Positions 1 through 8,919 of a DNA stretch of 64,000 nt are shown here, in pieces. Under the pieces are notes generated by a model. That model was given only the letters and a program-made list of their open reading frames with translations, had not been told where the DNA came from and did not search any database. A program made the translations under genes and the position numbers. The stretch lies in the NCBI GenBank assembly GCA_963815195.1, contig CAWFGE010000017.1, forward strand, positions 96,001 through 160,000, in the 5' to 3' direction. Source of the DNA: an uncultured Planctomycetaceae bacterium (GTDB taxonomy: Bacteria; Planctomycetota; Planctomycetia; Planctomycetales; Planctomycetaceae). Positions within the stretch are counted from its first letter, which is position 1, and each line of letters begins with the position of its first letter.

Positions 1-1407
1 GAAGACGTTGGAGGCCGCGGTCGGCGTGGTCTGACCGAAGCCCGGTTGGGCGCGGCGATCCTGCTCTTTGTTCAGAAGTTCCATGACCTGCTCCACGGTC
101 AAGGGCTCGCGCTTGGGCTTGGTGGTGGGAGCGATCAGAACCGAGTTGGGATCGAGCAAATCCAGCTTGGTGAAGTCTTCGCCAAACGTCGCGGAATCCG
201 ACTGCGTCAACAGATCGGAATTCTTCGGCAGCGGAGCCGAGAGTTCCACGTCCCGCAGCATTTCGCGGGAATCCAAGGGCGGCAGATTGATCAAATCCGC
301 CCGTGGCGATTCGCCAGCCTTGGCATCGGTATCGTCCAAGGCCGCGACCGCGTTTTCCAACTCCGGTGAAACGGGGTGGCCGTGTCGATACACATACGCC
401 AAGTGCGCTTCCAGGAACTCATTCTGTGTTCGGGACTCGTCTTTGGGGTCGGCGGGTTTTGTGGGGGCTTCGGCCGCGGCGGTTTCCGTGGAATTCCGAC
501 TCGCTTCGACGTTGGAAGTTTGCGAACCGGTTTCGGGCGTTTGCGGATTCTGGACCAGCCACCATCCGCCCAGAGCCCCTGCCATCAAGCCAGCCGCGAC
601 CAGGGACTTGACCATCGCATTGGCAACCAGGAGTTTCCCGGTGAGAGACAACGACCCCGCGGCACCGGCGGCCGTCGGAACCGACCCGCCGCTTATGACC
701 GTTTGGGCGACAGCGTGCGCGGTCTGAGCGGAAACGGCACTCGGCGAACCGAGTTCAGCCAAGACCGGCAGCAACACGAACCCGCTTTGGACAAAACCTC
801 GCTTCGACAACCGCTGGCGGAGCATGCCCCGCGCTTCTTTCAACCGCCGGCGGAGCGTCGCATAGGTGATGCCCAATTCCTTCGCGGCATCGTGCTGGGT
901 CTTGCCTTCCAGATGGCATTTCACCACGGCCAGGCGGTATTGCCCCGGCAGTGCGGAAATTTCTTCATCGAGGGCCGGCAGCACATCGTTCCAGGGCTCC
1001 GCGGGGGCCTCGGCGGACGGGCGATGCTCCGCAAACGTCGTTTCCCGCCGGCGGCGCGAACGGGCTTTCCGCTTCAATTGGAGCGAAGCATTCACCGCGA
1101 CCCGGTACAGCCAGCTTCCCAAGGATGCCGTGGGCGCGACTGTTCGCATTAACACCGTGGCATGCTGCGCCAGGGACAGGAACGTTTGTTGGAAGGCATC
1201 ATCCGCGGCCGCGGGATCGAGCAGAATCCGCCGGCACACCCCGCGGACCAAACCCCCGTGCCGCTTGACCAAAGCCGCGAACGCCGCCTCGTCCTGCTCG
1301 GCCACAAACTTTCCCAGCAGGTGGGAATCGGGCGTTTCGCTATCGACCTGCGGATCATCGAGTAAAGCTGGGGAAGATAGAGGGCTTAACGTGTTTTCCA
1401 TCGTCAT
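1..1407 (-). CDS. ECF-type RNA polymerase sigma-70 factor with transmembrane segment and long C-terminal extension (runs off window start)
   Basis: Absent from the ORF track. Manual translation from ATG 1407 gives MTMENT...DEAAFAALVKRHGGLVRGVCRRILLDPAAADDAFQQTFL...GSWLYRVAVN (region 2) and LPGQYRLAVVKCHLEGKTQHDAAKELG...LRRRLKEAR (region 4), then hydrophobic LVAAGLMAGALGGWWLV. Confidence 0.9.
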   Translation of the reverse strand, partial: MTMENTLSPLSSPALLDDPQVDSETPDSHLLGKFVAEQDEAAFAALVKRHGGLVRGVCRRILLDPAAADDAFQQTFLSLAQHATVLMRTVAPTASLGSWLYRVAVNASLQLKRKARSRRRRETTFAEHRPSAEAPAEPWNDVLPALDEEISALPGQYRLAVVKCHLEGKTQHDAAKELGITYATLRRRLKEARGMLRQRLSKRGFVQSGFVLLPVLAELGSPSAVSAQTAHAVAQTVISGGSVPTAAGAAGSLSLTGKLLVANAMVKSLVAAGLMAGALGGWWLVQNPQTPETGSQTSNVEASRNSTETAAAEAPTKPADPKDESRTQNEFLEAHLAYVYRHGHPVSPELENAVAALDDTDAKAGESPRADLINLPPLDSREMLRDVELSAPLPKNSDLLTQSDSATFGEDFTKLDLLDPNSVLIAPTTKPKREPLTVEQVMELLNKEQDRRAQPGFGQTTPTAASNVF

Positions 1408-1722
1408 CGCTCGCGGGAAAGGATTTCGTTAGAACCGGCCGAAAGGGTGCAAGCTCTCCCAATAATTGGATGCGCCGGAAGTGCTTTTCTGCGCATGGAT
1501 TCTTCAAAATCGTCGAAATCAGCCCGCTGACGCCAGTATATCAAACACTTTTCAAGGCCACAAAGCCTATAAAGTGATAAAGGGAAAAATCGGCCCGGGT
1601 GTCGCAGCGAGGACCTTTCAAAACAAACCGTCACGAGCGACAATTCAGGTAGGAATCGTTTTGCACGGGAATATAGGAATTGTTTGTCAACCGGTTCGAG
1701 ATCTCTCGGCGAGAGGATGCTC

Positions 1723-2199
1723 ATGTGCTGCTCAAATAGTTGGTCGATGATTGGCGCGGTCCTGGCTGCGTTTGGAGTGATTTTGGGGGCGTATGCCGCG
1801 CATGGATTGGATAAGTATCTCGTCGAGAAATACGCAGGCCAGACCCGCGAGGTGGCAGGGCGGGAAATTCCCGCGGCCCAGAAGTATCTGACGGACTTCA
1901 AAACGGGCACGACCTATCAGATGTACCACGCCTTGGGACTGATTGCCGTGGGAATTTTGGCCCAGACCCGCCGCAAGTGGTCGCTCGAGATCGCGGCGTG
2001 GTGTTTCCTGGCGGGGATCGTGCTGTTTTGCGGGGCGCTTTATGTGATCGCGCTCGCCGGCCCTTCTTGGCAGGGAATCACCTGGGGGCTGGTGGCGCCG
2101 TTCGGCGGGGTGGCGTTTATCGTCGGCTGGCTGGCGCTTGCCGTGGGAGCGTGTCCGTGCGGAATGAAATCCGGCACCGAGCACGTTCCACTCAATTAG
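1723..2199 (+). CDS. DUF423 (YgdD/TMEM256) membrane protein
   Basis: GAYAAHGL, YQMYHAL and APFGGVAFIVGW motifs; GAGAGG upstream of the ATG. Confidence 0.9.
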   Translation: MCCSNSWSMIGAVLAAFGVILGAYAAHGLDKYLVEKYAGQTREVAGREIPAAQKYLTDFKTGTTYQMYHALGLIAVGILAQTRRKWSLEIAAWCFLAGIVLFCGALYVIALAGPSWQGITWGLVAPFGGVAFIVGWLALAVGACPCGMKSGTEHVPLN

Positions 2200-2608
2200 A
2201 TCGCCACGAAACATCCCGATCGGGAGGCAATGCCAACGCCGCCGACACCGTGAGCACGAGCTCGTTTTTTTTGATCGGCTTGGCGAGCACGGAATAGGCG
2301 TCCGCCTTGGTCGCCTGCCGGCGCAGATCGTCCGAGGCGTCGGCCGTGATCAAAATGCAAGGCAACAGGATGTGCGTGGATTTTAAGACCTGCAAGGTTT
2401 CCAGGCCCGTCATCACCTGCATGTGCATGTCCAACAGGGCGATGTCCAGGGACTCGGCCTCGGCGATTTCGATGGCCTCTTCGCCGCTCTCGGCTTCCAA
2501 CGTTTGAAAGTGAGGCTCAAAAATCGTGCGCAACGCCTCCCGGAAGCGGGAGTCGTCGTCGGCAATCAACATGCGAAATGGACGCTCGGAACCCACCACG
2601 AGCAGCAC
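2192..2608 (-). CDS. Single-domain response regulator (REC)
   Basis: LIADDD, LLDMHM phospho-acceptor, LITA and AKP motifs. Confidence 0.9.
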   Translation of the reverse strand: MLLVVGSERPFRMLIADDDSRFREALRTIFEPHFQTLEAESGEEAIEIAEAESLDIALLDMHMQVMTGLETLQVLKSTHILLPCILITADASDDLRRQATKADAYSVLAKPIKKNELVLTVSAALALPPDRDVSWRSN

Positions 2609-2745
2609 CTCGTCGAACCAATTTCGGAAGACAAATCAAACCCGGGCGGTTATGCACAGGCTTCTCATACGAGTTTACCCCGAAACCCCGCCCCTCGCCA
2701 AGAGAAATCTCCCTGCCGATGTGACCCGATGAGAAGGGCCGCGGG

Positions 2746-3771
2746 TCAAAACTCGCCGAGGACTTCGCCGCCGGCCCGACTGCCGAGGCCTTGCCAGATT
2801 TGGCGGTTGATGCTGTCGCCGATGAACTGCACGTGGCCGTCGCAGAACAGGGAGTGCACGCCGCCCGCGTGCCGGCTGCGGGCGGCGATGTTATGCGACA
2901 GGCGGATCCACCCTTGATCGGTCCGCGTGCTGTGGGGCAGCCCGCCCCGGCAATCGATGTCGGGGTCGTTGGGCGGGCGGATGTGGTTGTACATCGAATG
3001 CCCGGGGGCCCCGTAGAACCATTTGCTGCCGCGGGTCTGTTGAATCTTAAGCCCCGAAGCGTGGCATTGGCTGGCGTAGTTGGTGAGTTCCGGGCCGTTG
3101 GTGGCGTTGTCGTTGCCGTTGGTGAGGACAAACCCTGTCACCGGACTCGCGCCGTCCCAGAGGGTGGGGCCGGTGGGATCGGATTTGACGGTCTCGCTGA
3201 TGCACACCGTCTGGCTCGATCCGTCCGTGATGTCCGCGAACCGCACGGACGAGTTCTCAAAAAAGATCCCGGTGACCGGCTGGCCGCCCAGGTTTCGAGG
3301 CGAGACGGGATAAGTCGTCCCGGTGTTCAACGGATAATTGTGCACCGCGGCCCCGGCTTGCATAATGACGTACATGTCGCTGGGGCACAGTAACAGCGGG
3401 ATCGGCTGTGACAGGACCACGGCATTGTCGTTGGTATAGCTGTCCGGGTTTTCGTTCCAATGAATCTCGTCGTAAACGTTCTTGCGGTCGAGGTAAGGCA
3501 AGAGATGGGCATACGCCGAAAAACAACGCCCCTGTCCCGCGACGGGATTCAGCAATCGACCCGGCGGAAACGTGCGGTGGCTGTCATGGTAGTTGTTGAG
3601 GGCAATCCCGATCTGCTTGAGATGGTTTTTGCACTCGGCCCGGCGGGCGGCTTCGCGGGCCTGCTGCACCGCCGGGAGAAGCAATGCCACCAGAATCGAG
3701 ATGACCGCAATCACCACCAGCAATTCAATCAGCGTAAAGCCTTTTGGTTTTCGACCGGCGAACCGCGGCAT
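2746..3771 (-). CDS. DUF1559 prepilin-type N-terminal cleavage protein with H-X9-DG motif
   Basis: [14 protein letters not shown]...[15 protein letters not shown]-terminal SRHAGGVHSLFCDGHV. Confidence 0.95.
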   Translation of the reverse strand: MPRFAGRKPKGFTLIELLVVIAVISILVALLLPAVQQAREAARRAECKNHLKQIGIALNNYHDSHRTFPPGRLLNPVAGQGRCFSAYAHLLPYLDRKNVYDEIHWNENPDSYTNDNAVVLSQPIPLLLCPSDMYVIMQAGAAVHNYPLNTGTTYPVSPRNLGGQPVTGIFFENSSVRFADITDGSSQTVCISETVKSDPTGPTLWDGASPVTGFVLTNGNDNATNGPELTNYASQCHASGLKIQQTRGSKWFYGAPGHSMYNHIRPPNDPDIDCRGGLPHSTRTDQGWIRLSHNIAARSRHAGGVHSLFCDGHVQFIGDSINRQIWQGLGSRAGGEVLGEF

Positions 3772-3796
3772 TTTTGAACCTTTCCATTTCCATCGC

Positions 3797-3827
3797 CATG
3801 ATTCTGACATAGAATGACAGGATTATG
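3797..3827. promoter_or_regulatory. Imperfect palindrome, candidate operator between divergent genes
   Basis: CATGATTCTGACAT-AGA-ATGACAGGATTATG, 11 of 14 positions complementary, overlapping the regulator start codon. Confidence 0.45.
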
Positions 3828-4877
3828 ACACGCCCCTCTTCCCCGATCAACCGTGTGCGGGAATTCCGCAATCTCGCCGGCCTGACGCAAGCCGAACTCG
3901 CCGAGCGCGCGGGCATCTCGCGGACCGCGGTGACGGCCATCGAAGGCGAACGGCTCGTGCCGTCGGTCTCGGCCGCGCTCGCGCTCGCCCAGGCCTTGGG
4001 GACCAGCGTGGAGGCGCTCTTCGGCGGCTCGGAGCGGTCGGAGCCAATCGCCCAATGGGCCTGGGAGCCGCCTTCAAATCATCCCCCATTCTGGCAGGCG
4101 GAAGTCGGGGGCCGGCATTGGCTGTACCCGGCGGAATCGTCACCCATGCTCACGCTCCTCCCGGATGAGAATCGATCCAGTGCGCCCCGATCAACGTCCG
4201 CGGCCCGGCAAACGCTGGTGGTCGCCTGCTGCGATCCGGCGGCGGGACTTTTGGCAAGCGAGTACAGCCACGCCACCGCCCAGCGAATGTTGATTTTGCA
4301 CCGCTCCAGCCGGCAGGCGCTCGAACTTTTGTCCGAGGGAAAGGTGCATCTCGCGGGGCTGCATTTCTCGACCGAAGATGAGCCGGACCGAAACGCCCAA
4401 ATCGTGCGGGAGACGTTGGGGACCGAATACTCTCTCCTGCGGATTGCCCGCTGGCGGGAAGGCATCGCGGCCGCTCCGAGTGCGCGGGTTCGCTCGGTGC
4501 GAGGGGCACTCAAGTCAAAGCTCCGCTGGGTCGGCCGCGAACCGGGTTCCGGGGCCCGGCAATGTCTGGACCGATTGCTCGGGAACCGCCGCCCGCCGCG
4601 GAGAACGGCCCGCAATCATCGCGGCGTCGCCGAAGCCGTGCATTCCGGCTGGGCCGACGCCGGCGTCTGCGTGGAACTTACGAGTTCGGAAGCCGGCCTC
4701 GTGTTCCTGCCAGTCCAGGAAGAAGCCTACGACCTTTGCGTGCCGAATGCGCTCCTCGATGATCCGCGAGTCGGGGCTTTGCTCCAAGTCGTCCGCTCCC
4801 CTCGTTATCGCGGTCTCCTCAGTCCGCTCCCGGGCTACACGACCACGGAAACCGGCGATTTGCTGTGGCTGAGTTGA
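3825..4877 (+). CDS. XRE helix-turn-helix regulator fused to PBP-superfamily (molybdate-binding-like) domain
   Basis: N-terminal LTQAELAERAGISRTAVTAIE HTH; C-terminal SSRQALELL...VHLAGLH, REPGSGAR, GWADAG and EEAYDL motifs. Confidence 0.85.
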   Translation: MTRPSSPINRVREFRNLAGLTQAELAERAGISRTAVTAIEGERLVPSVSAALALAQALGTSVEALFGGSERSEPIAQWAWEPPSNHPPFWQAEVGGRHWLYPAESSPMLTLLPDENRSSAPRSTSAARQTLVVACCDPAAGLLASEYSHATAQRMLILHRSSRQALELLSEGKVHLAGLHFSTEDEPDRNAQIVRETLGTEYSLLRIARWREGIAAAPSARVRSVRGALKSKLRWVGREPGSGARQCLDRLLGNRRPPRRTARNHRGVAEAVHSGWADAGVCVELTSSEAGLVFLPVQEEAYDLCVPNALLDDPRVGALLQVVRSPRYRGLLSPLPGYTTTETGDLLWLS

Positions 4878-5029
4878 CCAGCGAAACGACGGCTCCGCCC
4901 AAAGGCGTTCGAGGACGCGTGCGGCCGGCGACGTCGCCCCGCATTGGTTGATTCCGCACCGGACCAGACCTAGAATCCCAATGCACCTTCTGTGGACCCG
5001 CCCCGTGTCTCTGTCAACCAAAAAAAACC

Positions 5030-5686
5030 ATGACCGACAAGACTTCTCGCTTGAAAAACCCGCTCTCGGGCGACACCTGTGCAGACGAGGTGCCCAGTGC
5101 TCCGGCCGAAACGCCGGCCGGCGGGGTGGATTTGCCTCGAATCGAACGGGCGGTGCGCGAGATTCTGTTTGCCATCGGCGAGGATCCGGACCGATCGAGC
5201 CTGGCGGAGACGCCCGCCCGCGTGGCGCGGATGTATGCGGAGCTCTTTTCGGGACTGCACACCAACCCGGGCCGGCATTTGCAAAAGGTTTTCGAGGAGA
5301 ACTACGACGAGCTGGTGCTCGTGCGGGATATTTCCTTCAACAGCACCTGCGAGCATCATTTGCTGCCCTTTACGGGTGTGGCCCACGTCGGGTATTTGCC
5401 GCGGGGCCGGGTGACGGGTCTCAGCAAGCTCGCCCGCGTCGTGGAGGAAATTTCCCGCCGGCCGCAAGTCCAGGAACGCATGACGCACCAAATCGCCGAT
5501 TTGGTCCACGAGGAACTGGACCCCAAAGGCGTGATCGTGGTCCTGGAAGCCACGCACACCTGCATGACGATCCGCGGGATTCGCAAGCCCGGCAGCCTGA
5601 CCGTCACCAGCGCGGTGCGGGGGCTGTTTAAGACGAACCAATCCAGCCGGGCGGAGGCGATGGCGTTGATTTATGGAAAATCGTAG
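5030..5686 (+). CDS. folE: GTP cyclohydrolase I
   Basis: [41 protein letters not shown]. Confidence 0.97.
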   Translation: MTDKTSRLKNPLSGDTCADEVPSAPAETPAGGVDLPRIERAVREILFAIGEDPDRSSLAETPARVARMYAELFSGLHTNPGRHLQKVFEENYDELVLVRDISFNSTCEHHLLPFTGVAHVGYLPRGRVTGLSKLARVVEEISRRPQVQERMTHQIADLVHEELDPKGVIVVLEATHTCMTIRGIRKPGSLTVTSAVRGLFKTNQSSRAEAMALIYGKS

Positions 5687-5701
5687 GGAAGCGGGGCTCT
5701 T

Positions 5702-6469
5702 ATGATCGCCCAGTTTGCTCTGCGGTTGATGTTCGGAATGAGTCTGATGTGGAGCCTGATGCCCCGCCGGGAGGTGTCGGCGGGCTTCTTTCGCATTCAG
5801 ATGCTGATCGTGATGGGCCTCGGTGTTCTCGCCGCTTTGACCTTCGGCGAGTTGAGTCCGGTCCTTGAAACTTCCCCGCGGCTCGATCCCTCCTGGGGAA
5901 CACCGCTGTGCATCGGCCTGGCGGCGTCGGCGTTTTTGGGATCGGCCTTCTGGACGCTGGGATGGCGGGGCATCGGGACCGTTTTCGTGTTTCTGATCCT
6001 CGTGGTTTCGGGCGTGTTGCTGATCGGCTCGACCGCGAGCGACTGGAACGGCGGCCGGGGCTGGCTGTTCCCGGCCGCGGAAATCGCCACCGCGGCCACG
6101 CTGGGAGGAGCGATGACGGGCATGCTCTTGGGGCATTGGTATCTCACGGCCCCGACGATGTCCATAGAGCCGCTGTCTTCGCTCAACCGCTTGTTCGGGA
6201 TCGGCCTGGGACTGCGGCTGGCCGTTTCCATCATCGCCCTCGCAGGCGGTTATGCGGTGCTTCACGGCGGGACGCACATCCTCTGGCTGAGCCTCCGCTG
6301 GCTCGCCGGGATCTTGGGGCCCCTGGTTTTGGTCGGGATGGTCTCGCGGATCCTCCACTATAAAAACACGCAATCTGCCACGGGGGTGCTGTTTGTGGGG
6401 GTGATCCTCACGTTCATCGGCGAACTCTCCGCCACCCTGTTGGCCCGCGAACTTCACTGGCCATTCTGA
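5702..6469 (+). CDS. Conserved multi-pass membrane protein, likely co-transcribed with folE
   Basis: About 8 hydrophobic segments; GMLLGHWYL and TQSATG motifs; 15-nt gap after folE. Confidence 0.75.
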   Translation: MIAQFALRLMFGMSLMWSLMPRREVSAGFFRIQMLIVMGLGVLAALTFGELSPVLETSPRLDPSWGTPLCIGLAASAFLGSAFWTLGWRGIGTVFVFLILVVSGVLLIGSTASDWNGGRGWLFPAAEIATAATLGGAMTGMLLGHWYLTAPTMSIEPLSSLNRLFGIGLGLRLAVSIIALAGGYAVLHGGTHILWLSLRWLAGILGPLVLVGMVSRILHYKNTQSATGVLFVGVILTFIGELSATLLARELHWPF

Positions 6470-6545
6470 GTTCGAAGGCATTCCTTTCCAAAACTCAGGG
6501 GCACGACGCTCGATGTCGATTTCGTAGTGTCTCGGCAATTATATT

Positions 6546-6597
6546 AGCCCGAAGCGCAAGCGAAAGTATTCATAAGCTTAACCCTCGCTTGCACTTT
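6546..6597. repeat. Degenerate REP-like hairpin
   Basis: AAGCGCAAGCGA ... TCGCTTGCACTT inverted repeat between convergent genes. Confidence 0.45.
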
Positions 6598-6670
6598 TTG
6601 AAGTTGCTTCTCCGTAGCCGAGAAGTGGGGTTATGTGTAGATAGAATCCTTCTCACCACTAAATTCGCGG

Positions 6671-7696
6671 CTATTCGATCGTCGCGGCGACTTCTTCTTT
6701 TTGTGCTTTTTCAGAGGGCGGATTGCTGTTCGTAAACACTTCCGCGATGACTTCTTCCAGCGGGCGTTCCTGCACGCCTACGTCTTCGATCGTGTAACGG
6801 GCTAACAGGTCGGCGAGGATTTCGGGAATCTTCTTTCGCGGGACTTCCAGTTTGACCCGCGGCGGCAAACTGGCGATCACGGTGCCGTAGCGCTCCAAAT
6901 TCGGCACTTTCGAAGTGCCGGCAAATTGGATTTCCATGATTTTATGATGGCTAAAACGGTCGATAATCTCCGCCAGCGGGCCGTCGTGCTTGATTTCGCC
7001 CTGGTTGATGATGATCGCCCGCTGGCAAAGGGCTTCGACATCCTTCATATAATGGCTCGTTAACACGACGGTGATCCGCTGCTCGGCCTGGTAAAACTTC
7101 AAAAATTCCTGCACCCGCCGCTGCGACACGACATCCAAACCGATCGTGGGCTCGTCCAAAAGCAATATGTCCGGGCTGTGGAGGAGCGCGGCGATGAGTT
7201 CCATCCGCATCCGCTCGCCGAGCGACAATTCCCGCACCGGCTGGGCGACGAGATCCCGCACTTCCAACAGGCTCACCAACTCGTCCAAACGCCTGAGGAA
7301 CCGGGCCGGTTCGATGCGGTAAATTTCCTGGTGCAGCCGGAACGACTCCTGGGCCGGCAGGTCCCACCAGAGCTGGTTTTTTTGGCCCATCACCAGCGAA
7401 AACCGCCTGCGGTAAGCGTTTTCTCGCTTCCAGGGGATATGCCCCAAGACCGTCGCTTCCCCGCCGGTGGGATAAATCAAACCCGAGAGCAGTTTGAGCG
7501 TCGTCGTCTTGCCGGCACCGTTCGGCCCCAAGAAGGCGACCATTTCGCCTTCTTCGATCTGAAAACTCACATCATCCACCGCCGCGACTTCTTTGTAGTC
7601 GCGATGAAACAGCCCGCGCAGCGAGGCGAACAATCCCTCCCGCTTGCGGTACACCCGGTAGATTTTGCGAAGGTGGCGAACATCGATGGCTGGCAT
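6671..7696 (-). CDS. ABC-2 type transporter ATP-binding protein
   Basis: [30 protein letters not shown]. Confidence 0.95.
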   Translation of the reverse strand: MPAIDVRHLRKIYRVYRKREGLFASLRGLFHRDYKEVAAVDDVSFQIEEGEMVAFLGPNGAGKTTTLKLLSGLIYPTGGEATVLGHIPWKRENAYRRRFSLVMGQKNQLWWDLPAQESFRLHQEIYRIEPARFLRRLDELVSLLEVRDLVAQPVRELSLGERMRMELIAALLHSPDILLLDEPTIGLDVVSQRRVQEFLKFYQAEQRITVVLTSHYMKDVEALCQRAIIINQGEIKHDGPLAEIIDRFSHHKIMEIQFAGTSKVPNLERYGTVIASLPPRVKLEVPRKKIPEILADLLARYTIEDVGVQERPLEEVIAEVFTNSNPPSEKAQKEEVAATIE

Positions 7697-7899
7697 CCTG
7701 TTATCTTAGACGCCGGGCGAACTCCGGTCGAGAGTTTCGGTCGCTTGGAACGGAGATAAGGAAAACTGGCCAATTATCAGCCGGAACACGCTAATGTCCG
7801 GTTCTCGCCGTGAACCGGGGCTAGCGCCCTGCGGCTAATAGATGCGACCATTGTGTATCGGGCGATCCTAAGCCGGGATTTCGGCTGCCGAGAATGTCA

Positions 7900-8784
7900 T
7901 CAGAATTCGCCGACGACTTCGCCGCCGCGTTTGGTTCCCAAGGCGGCATAGATCGGGCCGTTGATGTTCTCGGAAATGAACCGCACCGAACCGTCCGCGA
8001 GCGCGAACATCGCCCCGCCGATGTGCTGGCTCGCCAACGCGAAACCATCAGTTCCGTTGATCCGCAAAGCGGGCGTGTTCTGGACGACGGCGGTCGTGGT
8101 GGCGTTGTTAAACGGCTCGCGGGGACCGATCCACACCGAACCCAAAAAGGGGTCGTTCGTGCTCCGCTCGGCGAGCATGATCGTATGCGTGGCGCCATCG
8201 GTCACATCTTTGATGCGGGTGCTCGTGTTCGCGTAGAACATGCCCGGCGGCTTGGTGGCCTGGCAGTAGTTCGGATAATTGTCCCCGGCGATCGCCACGT
8301 AGTTGCTCGTCGCCATCAACACCGGCGGTCCGCCGCCAATCGCCGTGGTCGAATAGCGCTTGGAATTGATCGGCCCCATTGTATCCGTGGGACACAGAAA
8401 CACCTCGAGCGGCGTTTGGCCGACCTGCTCGGCGGCGGAAATGCCGTACCAGCCCGTTTGAAAACCGTTCGTCAAACTGTTGAGTTGGTCGAACACCGGC
8501 TTTTGATCCAGTTGGGGCAGAATCAGCGTGGACCAGGCGGACGGGACTTTGTAACTCGCGGTGCAGTTGACGACGTCGTTCACCCAGCCGGGCGGAAACA
8601 CACCGTGCGCCGAATGATAGTTGTGGAGCCCCAAGGCGAGCTGCTTGAGATTGTTCCGGCACGCCGAACGCCGGGCGGATTCGCGGGCTTGCTGCACGGC
8701 GGGGAGAAGCAGCGCGATCAAAATCGCAATGATCGCGATCACCACGAGCAATTCGATCAAAGTAAAACCCCGCGGGCGGCGCAT
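7900..8784 (-). CDS. DUF1559 prepilin-type protein
   Basis: [33 protein letters not shown]. Confidence 0.95.
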   Translation of the reverse strand: MRRPRGFTLIELLVVIAIIAILIALLLPAVQQARESARRSACRNNLKQLALGLHNYHSAHGVFPPGWVNDVVNCTASYKVPSAWSTLILPQLDQKPVFDQLNSLTNGFQTGWYGISAAEQVGQTPLEVFLCPTDTMGPINSKRYSTTAIGGGPPVLMATSNYVAIAGDNYPNYCQATKPPGMFYANTSTRIKDVTDGATHTIMLAERSTNDPFLGSVWIGPREPFNNATTTAVVQNTPALRINGTDGFALASQHIGGAMFALADGSVRFISENINGPIYAALGTKRGGEVVGEF

Positions 8785-8919
8785 GAAGTGACTCTATCAT
8801 CAAGAAAGGTGAGAAAAGACCCCGCAACCAAAATGCCCGCAATAGCCAGAATACACCCGGTCCCGCAGAAAGGAAAGGAGATTTCCCGAAAAACGGCCCG
8901 GTGCGTTCCCGGCTGGTTC

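Noticed and set aside
2650..2658. DnaA box / replication origin
   Set aside because: Single TTATGCACA with no box cluster or AT-rich unwinding element.
4878..5029. Riboswitch upstream of folE
   Set aside because: No recognisable THF, ZTP or preQ1 consensus.
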